Shown piece after piece: positions 55,479-63,196 of a stretch of 64,000 nucleotides of DNA. This DNA comes from Chloroherpetonaceae bacterium (lineage in GTDB: Bacteria; Bacteroidota; Chlorobiia; Chlorobiales; Thermochlorobacteraceae). Positions within the stretch are counted from its first letter, which is position 1, and every line of letters begins with the position of its first letter. Location: the NCBI GenBank assembly GCA_033763895.1, contig JANRJQ010000007.1:322178-386177 (forward strand), in the 5' to 3' direction. Below the pieces are notes generated by a model. That model made no database searches. It saw nothing but the letters and a program-made list of their open reading frames with translations, and was not told the DNA's origin. A program made the position numbers and the translations under genes.

Positions 55479-57745
55479 GAAACTACTTTATATACCAATA
55501 TGAAGACGCAGTTTCTTCAACAGGAAAACTGAGAGTTACGGTATTGTTTGTTCACCAAACAAAAATCGGTTCTCAGAATGAATTGGCTCAAGAATTAAAT
55601 AACTTTTTTCAGGAACACAGTATTACCGACAAATTGGTGGTTCTTGTTCCGAAATATCTTGATGCTTCATCTTTAGAATATTTCAAATCAGGCAGAGAAA
55701 CAACATTTCAAAGGGTTCCGGGCAAGTCAGTAGACTATTTTGATAAATGTTTGATGATTTATGAGTTTGATGCTGGCGGCAGTTTTACTTTGATTGAAGG
55801 AAAGAAACCAAAACATGAATCAAAGTTCATTTCACATCTATTGAGAAGCGGTTCAACTGTAATTTTCAAAAACAATGGCGGTTTGGTTGAATCAACTCCT
55901 GACCATCACTTTGTTTTCCCAAGCAATAAACACTGTTCTAAGTTTATACGAACAGGAAATGTTCTGATAAATCAATCAGAGATATTCTTTCTCGCTGTTC
56001 AACTTTTGAAACATACGAAGGATAAAAATATTATATACTGCGATACATCATCAATCAATGTTCTGCCATATTCGGTTTTTGAATTGAGAAGAAGGTTTAA
56101 GCAAGAGTTTGATTGTCCAATTGTCCATAGTTTTAAATCATACGATGTATTTGAAAAAAGCACTGATAGTTTTTCTCCTGAATCGTTAGTATTAATTTCA
56201 GCATCTACATCAGGTAATATCATTGACAGGCTATTAAAGGAAAAAAGAGCCGATAAAGAACAGATACAGATTATTTACTTCTTAGGTCGAAATGATAAAT
56301 TCTTAAACCATAGTGCTAATATAATTTGCAACCTGACAAAGGATTCTGATTTTCAATTAGGAGAAGAAGAATTTGAAACCTACAACAATCCTGAAGATTG
56401 TAAACTTTGTAAGAACCATTCACGACCAATAAATATTCGTGGAGACGTATTTCTTACAGTTCAGCCGAAAGTTGAAAGGCATCTTCTAACAATAAAACCT
56501 GAATATTTCGCAAAGAGTATAGCAACCTTTGCTGAACACTATAAAAGCAGATTGCCAAACGAAGGTGTAATTAAGGTCTATTACAAAGACAATTTTCCTG
56601 ATGCGAACTACGAAGTTTATTTTGATATTGTTTATCTGCTAAAGAACTTAACCAAGTTCACAAGGTTTGACGAAGCACTAAATAGACACATTGACAAATA
56701 TATACCTGCGAATACAAAATATCTTTTGCATCTCCCTGACATTGGTTCAGAAGAACTCGCAAAGCATATCCTTACTAAAATTCCATCAAGTATAAAACCC
56801 GAGTTAATAAAACTAGATTCAGGCTTTACAACTAAAATCAAAGAAGAATCTGGAACTGTTGTCATTGTTGCTTCCTGCATTACCACAGGCAAAAAACTAT
56901 TACAGATAAGCCGATTAATGCGAAATATGGAGAAGTTGAATTTGGTTTATTTCGTGGGTATTTACCGACCTGTAAATGACACGTTCGCAACTGACTTAAT
57001 TAGTGATTTAAAGAAAGGAAAAGACAAAAGCGATGAACGACCATTTGTCGCAGTTGAAACCATTTACTGTTCAATACAGCAAACCGAAACTTCTTGGGAA
57101 CTGGAAAAAGTCATTTTTGAAGACTTTATAGGTTCACTTGATGAAGACAAAGAGCCAGAAGTTTACAGCTATGTAAATGAACGACTTGAAATTCTCCGTG
57201 ATAACAAAAAACTTCGTGGTTTTAGTAATGATGTTTTACTGAAAACTGTTGGCAAACAAGATTTACGATTAAGGAAGAATTTTGCGTTCTGGAATTCATT
57301 TGAATATAAAGAAAATGAAGTAGCTCAATCAGAAGTTTACTTTACCATTTCGACAATCATTTCAAACCTTGAACAAAAGCAAATCAATTCTCATCCATCA
57401 CTTAAGCAGACAAACTATGTGAGAAATATGCTAAGTCCGAGAAACTTTCACCGATTTAATGACGGCATTATTCAAGCATCACTGCTAAGAAGCGGCAAGA
57501 CTGAATATTTCTCCTATGACCTTGACAGCGAACTTAGTTTGCAAATGAAAGAATTCCTGTTAAGTATCATTGACAAATACAATTCAGCAGACGGTGAGGC
57601 CTTAATGGAATTTTTGCTTGCAATTGGCATCAGGCGACTAAAAATGAAAAAAGAAGACCTAAAAGAAGTATTAATCAAAGCAATTAATTGTCCAGACAAA
57701 ATAGTATCAAGATTTTCAGAATACATACATAGTAAGATTCCATAA
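55475..57745 (+). CDS. Large protein with two degenerate phosphoribosyltransferase (PRTase)-like folds
   Basis: 756 aa. HHFVFPSNKHCSKFIRTGNVL...IYCDTSSINVLPYS...LVLISASTSGNII forms the first PyrE-like unit, and GTVVIVASCITTGKKLL marks the second. In both PRPP loops the acidic pair is replaced by Ala/Ser. There is a CKLC dyad between the units and a helical C-terminal ~230 aa. Confidence 0.6.
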   Translation: MRNYFIYQYEDAVSSTGKLRVTVLFVHQTKIGSQNELAQELNNFFQEHSITDKLVVLVPKYLDASSLEYFKSGRETTFQRVPGKSVDYFDKCLMIYEFDAGGSFTLIEGKKPKHESKFISHLLRSGSTVIFKNNGGLVESTPDHHFVFPSNKHCSKFIRTGNVLINQSEIFFLAVQLLKHTKDKNIIYCDTSSINVLPYSVFELRRRFKQEFDCPIVHSFKSYDVFEKSTDSFSPESLVLISASTSGNIIDRLLKEKRADKEQIQIIYFLGRNDKFLNHSANIICNLTKDSDFQLGEEEFETYNNPEDCKLCKNHSRPINIRGDVFLTVQPKVERHLLTIKPEYFAKSIATFAEHYKSRLPNEGVIKVYYKDNFPDANYEVYFDIVYLLKNLTKFTRFDEALNRHIDKYIPANTKYLLHLPDIGSEELAKHILTKIPSSIKPELIKLDSGFTTKIKEESGTVVIVASCITTGKKLLQISRLMRNMEKLNLVYFVGIYRPVNDTFATDLISDLKKGKDKSDERPFVAVETIYCSIQQTETSWELEKVIFEDFIGSLDEDKEPEVYSYVNERLEILRDNKKLRGFSNDVLLKTVGKQDLRLRKNFAFWNSFEYKENEVAQSEVYFTISTIISNLEQKQINSHPSLKQTNYVRNMLSPRNFHRFNDGIIQASLLRSGKTEYFSYDLDSELSLQMKEFLLSIIDKYNSADGEALMEFLLAIGIRRLKMKKEDLKEVLIKAINCPDKIVSRFSEYIHSKIP

Positions 57746-57779
57746 TAACATGATAACTTAATCGAATAAAAACACCGAA

Positions 57780-57914
57780 CCGCTAACAGCACCTTGTCAA
57801 AAGCGGGGCGGACAATGGTAAAATGAACATTAGATCATTAAATAAGCATTTGTGCTTGCATGACAGTTTGGTGCTCCTAAAGCCCCGCCCTCGGCAATAC
57901 CCAAAACGTTCAGC
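57780..57914 (+). repeat. attC-like element 4 (least canonical)
   Basis: Left box CCGCTAAC-AGC, inner stem GGGCGG (57806-57811) / CCGCCC (57885-57890), a centre homologous to elements 1 and 5 (TGCTTGCATGACAGTTTGGTG), and a right end AAAAC-GTTCAGC. Arm pairing is otherwise poor. Confidence 0.4.
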
Positions 57915-57944
57915 TAAACTCCGCTTCGCTGCGTTTAGCTGAAC
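57908..57944. repeat. Perfect 12-bp-stem hairpin at a cassette junction
   Basis: GTTCAGCTAAAC (57908-57919), a 13-nt loop, then GTTTAGCTGAAC (57933-57944). Its first 22 nt are identical to 54160-54181. Confidence 0.85.
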
Positions 57945-58001
57945 GGGGAGCATAAACAACTTCACAGCATACATTAAACAAACAAAAATATTTTTGGACA
58001 G

Positions 58002-59771
58002 ATGACAGTAAAACCCAAAATCACAGAACTACTCAAACGACTTAATGACGGAGTAATTGAAAAGGAAGAAGTAATCGCTTTATCTCTGCTTTCTTCAGTT
58101 GCAGGAGAAAGTATTTTTCTTTTGGGTGCACCGGGAGTAGCAAAATCCTTGGTTGCAAGACGACTTAAATACGCTTACAAAGACGGCAGTTCATTTGAAT
58201 ATCTTATGAACCGCTTTAGCACACCAGACGAAATATTTGGACCCGTTTCAATTTCCCAACTTAAAGACCACGACAAATACGAGAGAATTATAAAAAATTA
58301 CTTACCGACAGCAACGGTTGTTTTCCTTGACGAAATTTGGAAAGCGGGACCTTCAATACAAAACGCTTTACTAACCGTTCTTAACGAGAAAATATACCGA
58401 AACGGAGAGCAGGAAGTTCAAGTGCCGATGAAAGCACTTATTTCAGCTTCAAACGAATTGCCAAGCAAAGGCGAAGGACTTGAAGCCCTTTGGGATAGAT
58501 TTCTTGTTCGCTTAATTGTTGATGGTGTAAAGGACAAGCAGAGTTTCAATGACATGATTTCAAAGACATTGAACTCATACAGCGACACCGTTGGTGAAGC
58601 ATTGAAAATTTCTGATGACGAATACAAAAAGTGGAACAAACAAATTGACGAAATAGAAATTCTCGAAAATGTATTCAATGTAATTCACGTTATCAGGAGT
58701 TTTATAGACCTACACAATCAGCGAGAAGAAAACAAACAAAATCCGATTTACATTTCAGACCGTAGGTGGAGAAAAATTGTTAGACTTCTTAGGACTTCTG
58801 CATTTCTCAATGACCGTAAAATGGTTGATTTGATGGATTGCTTTTTAATTAAGGATTGTCTTTGGAATGAGACAGAACAAATTCAAACTGTTTCTCAGTT
58901 TGTTAAGGACGCTATCCAAAAACACGGATATAATCTTTCATTAAATATGAGTTCAATTTCAGACGAGTTGAAAGACTTTTGGAAAGAAGTGCTTGAAGAA
59001 ACAAGTCACATGAAAAAAGTTCAAATACCCAAAATTTATTATCAGCATTTCTATTTCATTGAAGGTTTTGACCGACCTCTCATAAAAATTTCAGACTATA
59101 ATCAATTAGGTGACGACTACATTAATGTAACATTCTATCAAAATTCAAATGAGGATTGGCAAAGAAGAAATTACCCGCAGAATTTTAGAATTAAATTAAG
59201 TAATAAGCCCAACAACATTGTTCATGATGGTCAACTAAGAAAAATTGAAACAACAGACAGTGAAAAACCTGCAACTAAAAGACCACACCCTGCGGTTAAA
59301 AAAGATTGGGATAAACGAGTAAAAGTAGTTCTCACAACTACAAGTAACCTCAAATCAAGAATAGATAGTTTTAAAAGTAATGACTTAAAGCATATTAGAA
59401 CAAATCTATTTGTAAATGAATCCTATGCAGAAATTGTCGAAGACAACCTAAGACAACTTCAAAATGAAATTGAAAAATTAGAAGTTGAAGTGAGTAGAAT
59501 TCAACATTTTTACGAAAATGTCGAACATGATGTTTTCATTGATTCTGCATTGCTTAGTTTGACAAATGGGAAAAGCGATTTTGCCCTATCAGAATTGACA
59601 GATGAATTTGAAGAGTGGATTTTCGAACAATTGCAAAATCTTGAGATTACAAATTCAAATGAATTTCTAAGCAACGACTTGAATTTCTATTTGAATAATA
59701 CTGACATAGATGAAGACCTTTATAATGAACTTATAGAAGCTATCGAAAACCGATTAGATAATGGACAATAA
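58002..59771 (+). CDS. ravA: MoxR-class AAA+ ATPase, RavA-like
   Basis: 589 aa. Collinear with E. coli RavA as I recall it: GESIFLLGAPGVAKSLVARRLKYAY..FEYLMNRFSTPDEIFGP..VVFLDEIWKAGPSIQNALLTVLNE..LISASNELP..LEALWDRFLVR..SDRRWRKIVRLLRTSAF. The C-terminal region is divergent. Confidence 0.85.
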   Translation: MTVKPKITELLKRLNDGVIEKEEVIALSLLSSVAGESIFLLGAPGVAKSLVARRLKYAYKDGSSFEYLMNRFSTPDEIFGPVSISQLKDHDKYERIIKNYLPTATVVFLDEIWKAGPSIQNALLTVLNEKIYRNGEQEVQVPMKALISASNELPSKGEGLEALWDRFLVRLIVDGVKDKQSFNDMISKTLNSYSDTVGEALKISDDEYKKWNKQIDEIEILENVFNVIHVIRSFIDLHNQREENKQNPIYISDRRWRKIVRLLRTSAFLNDRKMVDLMDCFLIKDCLWNETEQIQTVSQFVKDAIQKHGYNLSLNMSSISDELKDFWKEVLEETSHMKKVQIPKIYYQHFYFIEGFDRPLIKISDYNQLGDDYINVTFYQNSNEDWQRRNYPQNFRIKLSNKPNNIVHDGQLRKIETTDSEKPATKRPHPAVKKDWDKRVKVVLTTTSNLKSRIDSFKSNDLKHIRTNLFVNESYAEIVEDNLRQLQNEIEKLEVEVSRIQHFYENVEHDVFIDSALLSLTNGKSDFALSELTDEFEEWIFEQLQNLEITNSNEFLSNDLNFYLNNTDIDEDLYNELIEAIENRLDNGQ

Positions 59772-61350
59772 ATTCGATAGGTTTCAAACATTCGGTTCAA
59801 TTGCAGATGAAGCTACTAGAAGAAAAGTAGTTCAAAGCATTTATTTTCAGTTGCAAAAGAAATCAGAAAGCGGCATTGGCTTCGCCAATGCTGATACAGA
59901 TAATTTTGCTACTGCTATTAATGACATTCTCTCTAATCCCACAATGAAAGAATTGTGTTCAAAAGACCCTGAACTTTCTGAAAAGATAACACAAGATATT
60001 CTTGACTTTATAAATAAGACCAAGAAACAATTAAATAAAACTGAAAATCCTTTTGAAAATGAAATAGAGCTAAAGCAAGAATTTGAACATAGCAAAAGGT
60101 CTGAATTCAAAAATAAATGGGAGAAAGTAAATCCAACGATTAAGAACAACTATGACACAAAGGAGCTCGATGTTACTTTTTATGAAAAGGAGTTTGCCAA
60201 AAGTTTGGATGAAAAAATTAAAAACTACAAAGACAAGCCAAGTTTTGAAAGTGTAAAAGAACACTTCAATGAAAAGTGGGACGAATTACTATACAAGAGA
60301 CAAACAAAATGGGAACTTGACCAGATAGAAGAACAACGGAAAAAATTCTGTGAAGAATTATACAAACGAATTGAAGAACTAAAAAAACTTCAAGAAGCAC
60401 TTGAGCCATTTACCAAAGAATTAGGACGGCTTTGGGATATGAGTAAAGGAAATTGGCAACGAGTAAATCTTGATATTTTAAAACAGTATGCTGAACTTTT
60501 GCAGAGAGATAAATCACTAAAAGAACTTGCTGAAATGCTTGGCAAAATGCGGCAAGCTGAAAAGGAGTTTGAAGAAGAACTTTTTGCAAACATTCAATTG
60601 AAACCTGAATGGAAAGTGGAGCACGCCAGCAAATCGGACTTAATCGGTATTCACGAAAGCGATGATTTAAGCAGTTTGCTTCCTTCTGAAACAGCTTTAC
60701 TTGCTGACGAAACGATGCAATCCGTATTCTTCAAAAAGTTTGCGGAAAAGAAACTGCAAACATTCGAGTATCAAGCAAAAATGCTTTCATACCGAGAAGA
60801 AGAATTTCAGGACAAACGACAAAAGGAAAAAGAAGAAGCAAAAGGGCCTTTTATCATTTGTGTTGACACGAGCGGTTCAATGCACGGAACACCTGAAACT
60901 GTTGCCAAGACACTTTGTTTCGCCATTTTGAAAATCGCCATTCGTTATAACCGAAAGTGTTATCTCATTTCGTTTTCGACAGGTATTGAAACGCTTAACC
61001 TGACAGATTTGAAAAACTCTTTGGATAAAATCATTTCTTTTCTTTCAATGAGTTTTCACGGTGGCACAGACGCAACTCCTGCTATGAGAGAAGCACTTAG
61101 AATGTTAACAACTCAGGACTACAAAAAGGCAGACGTGATAATGGTTTCCGACTTTGTGATGTCTGCATTTGACAAAACAACACAAGACAAAGTAAAATCA
61201 GCGAAAGACAACAAAACAAAATTTCATAGTTTGGTAATTGGTAACAGCCAAAATCCTGCGACAATTAAGGACTTTGACAGTAATTGGTTTTACGACTTGA
61301 ACAATCCAAAGAGCTTATTGACACTCATTAAAAACATTAACGAACTATGA
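59761..61350 (+). CDS. viaA: VWA-domain protein, ViaA-like
   Basis: 529 aa, overlapping ravA by 11 nt. GRLWDMSKGNW...LAEMLGKMRQAE and the MIDAS motifs GPFIICVDTSGSM..FHGGTDATPA..VSDF are collinear with E. coli ViaA as I recall it. Confidence 0.8.
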   Translation: MDNKFDRFQTFGSIADEATRRKVVQSIYFQLQKKSESGIGFANADTDNFATAINDILSNPTMKELCSKDPELSEKITQDILDFINKTKKQLNKTENPFENEIELKQEFEHSKRSEFKNKWEKVNPTIKNNYDTKELDVTFYEKEFAKSLDEKIKNYKDKPSFESVKEHFNEKWDELLYKRQTKWELDQIEEQRKKFCEELYKRIEELKKLQEALEPFTKELGRLWDMSKGNWQRVNLDILKQYAELLQRDKSLKELAEMLGKMRQAEKEFEEELFANIQLKPEWKVEHASKSDLIGIHESDDLSSLLPSETALLADETMQSVFFKKFAEKKLQTFEYQAKMLSYREEEFQDKRQKEKEEAKGPFIICVDTSGSMHGTPETVAKTLCFAILKIAIRYNRKCYLISFSTGIETLNLTDLKNSLDKIISFLSMSFHGGTDATPAMREALRMLTTQDYKKADVIMVSDFVMSAFDKTTQDKVKSAKDNKTKFHSLVIGNSQNPATIKDFDSNWFYDLNNPKSLLTLIKNINEL

Positions 61351-61369
61351 CGACAGACAGAATGCCAGC

Positions 61370-61502
61370 AGGTAACAGCCGTTTCGCGTAATGGCGGTTG
61401 CGGTGCTTCGTATGACAGTTCTGTGGTAGGTTCAAGTGTAGTTCTTCGATTAAACTTTTATGCTAAAAATCCGCCACTACGCCAAGCCAGCAACCTTTAG
61501 CA
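61370..61502 (+). repeat. attC-like imperfect palindrome 5
   Basis: AGGTAAC-AGCCGTTTCGCGTAATGGCGG pairs with CCGCCACTACGCCAAGCC..cct-TTAGCA. Most positions are identical to element 1 (16463-16597) on manual alignment. Confidence 0.65.
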
Positions 61503-61571
61503 GTCATGTTTTTTACATTGTCTCTCATCAATAAGCGACTTAAAAACTCACTTTAATCGGCTTCACTTGCG

Positions 61572-62741
61572 GTGAATAATTTAGCATTTGCCGCATTTTT
61601 GCGGAGAATAGTGTTTATATTTACCGCAACAAAGTTTCAAAAAGTGGCTAAATACATTTACGAATACGAAAATTGGACAGAATTCACTTGGCGTGAAAAA
61701 TCCATAAATGCACTATTTGGGGAAGTTCGCAATCTGCAAGGCAAGATTATAGGGCAGATGAATACACTTGGTTTTGCCACAAAAGAACAGGCAACACTCA
61801 CTACACTGACACTTGACATTATTAAATCATCTGAAATAGAAGGAGAAAAACTCGACTATGACCAAGTTCGTTCGTCAATTGCAAGAAGACTTGGCATAAA
61901 TACCGCCGGGCTTATTCCATCCAATAGAAATGTGGATGGCGTTGTAGAGATGATGCTTGATGCAACTCAGAATTATCAAAACCCACTCACAAACACGCAA
62001 CTGTTTGGCTGGCATTCGGCACTTTTTCCAACTAGATATAGCGGAATGCACAAAATAGCGGTTGGTCGCTATCGAATAGGTGAAATGCAAATCGTTTCAG
62101 GTGCTATGGGAAAAGAAAAAGTTCATTACGATGCAGTTCCTGCAAGCAGTGTAAAAGAAGAAATGGATATGTTCTTAAAATGGTTTAATGACAACTCCCC
62201 AACTGACCCTGTACTAAAATCTGCAATCGCTCATTTTTGGTTTATCATCATTCACCCCTTTGACGATGGAAACGGAAGAATTGCAAGAGCGATATCAGAT
62301 TTAATGCTTGCCCGTGCAGACAAAACATCTGAACGATATTATAGCATGTCAAACCAAATTTTGATTGAACGAAAGCAATATTATGAGGTTTTGCAAAAAG
62401 TTCAACACAGCAGTGGCGATATAACAGAATGGTTAGACTGGTTTTTAAATTGCCTTAAGAATTCGTTGTTGGCTACAGACACTACTCTGCAAAAAATATT
62501 GCGTAAAACTGAATTTTGGAAAATTCACGAAAAAACCGAATTTAACGAACGACAGAGATTGGTATTAAATAGGCTCTTTGATGGATTTGATGGGAAACTA
62601 AAATCATCCAAGTGGGCAAAAATTGCAAAATGCTCGCCCGACACAGCATTGCGTGACATTAAGGACTTAATTGACAAGGGAATTTTACGCCAAGAGCATC
62701 AAGGCGGACGAAGCACAAACTACGAACTTGCCAACTTCTGA
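61572..62741 (+). CDS. Fic/DOC family protein (AMPylase-type fold with an N-terminal DUF4172-like region)
   Basis: Fic motif HPFDDGNGRIARA. The true start is probably the GTG at 61644, giving MAKYIYEYENWTEFTW. C-terminal winged-helix-like tail. Confidence 0.85.
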   Translation: MNNLAFAAFLRRIVFIFTATKFQKVAKYIYEYENWTEFTWREKSINALFGEVRNLQGKIIGQMNTLGFATKEQATLTTLTLDIIKSSEIEGEKLDYDQVRSSIARRLGINTAGLIPSNRNVDGVVEMMLDATQNYQNPLTNTQLFGWHSALFPTRYSGMHKIAVGRYRIGEMQIVSGAMGKEKVHYDAVPASSVKEEMDMFLKWFNDNSPTDPVLKSAIAHFWFIIIHPFDDGNGRIARAISDLMLARADKTSERYYSMSNQILIERKQYYEVLQKVQHSSGDITEWLDWFLNCLKNSLLATDTTLQKILRKTEFWKIHEKTEFNERQRLVLNRLFDGFDGKLKSSKWAKIAKCSPDTALRDIKDLIDKGILRQEHQGGRSTNYELANF

Positions 62742-62753
62742 ATTTAATACTAC

Positions 62754-62892
62754 CGCCAACATTGGTTTAGCGTCATCTTGCTAACGTGCGACCTTGGTGC
62801 TTTGTTCTTCTATTCAAGTTCAGTGCAAATTTGAAAGTGAAATGCTCTGAAATTGCCACCTTAGGGTACCTGCAAACCGTTCCCCTTCAAAT
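62754..62892 (+). repeat. attC-like imperfect palindrome 6 (last in the array)
   Basis: CGCCAAC-ATTGGTTTAGCG pairs with CTGCAAACCGTT-cccc-TTCAAAT. Its centre is homologous to element 2 (..CTTGGTGCTTTGTTCTTCTATTCAAGTTCAGT..). Confidence 0.5.
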
Positions 62893-63106
62893 ATCAAGTT
62901 AGAAGTAAATTCTACCTAAATATTTTGAATCTTCTCATTACCTTCATTTTGATTTATTCTTCATCACGATAAAACCAATTTCTGATTTTCACTTTTCCAT
63001 ACTTTAATGCGCAAAAAATCACCCCTTGTATTAGGATTTCGACAACCAACGCCGGTGAAGCGTCAGGCTATTTCCTTTCGATGTTATAGTTGGGTTATAG
63101 GAAAGA

Positions 63107-63150
63107 ACTCATTAAAAAACCAAAAGCCCCTCGCGGGGCTTTTCGGTTTC
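63107..63150. terminator. Bidirectional intrinsic terminator between array 2 and metY
   Basis: AAAAAACCAAAA-GCCCC-tcgc-GGGGC-TTTTCGGTTT. T-runs follow the hairpin on both strands. Confidence 0.6.
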
Positions 63151-63196
63151 CTTTGTTGTTTGAAAATGTGCTTGTTGTTTAATCCTCGTGGTACAT

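Larger units (their letters stand above)
54036..62892 (+). mobile_element. Integron-like cassette array 2 (leader, a mini element and three cassettes); no integrase in the window
   Basis: Leader 54036-54166 and palindromes at 54180-54256, 57780-57914, 61370-61502 and 62754-62892. All genes are on the + strand. Cassette start TTAGCGG (54250) is complementary to its own box CCGCTAA(C) at 57780. Confidence 0.6.

Noticed and set aside
57780-61502. Treating the GHKL-PRTase pair and RavA-ViaA as one four-gene operon
   Set aside because: They are separated by a 256-bp gap containing a recombination-site-like element and a perfect hairpin, and the first pair is bracketed by its own 22-bp direct repeat. 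Functional linkage is possible, but sequence alone does not support it.
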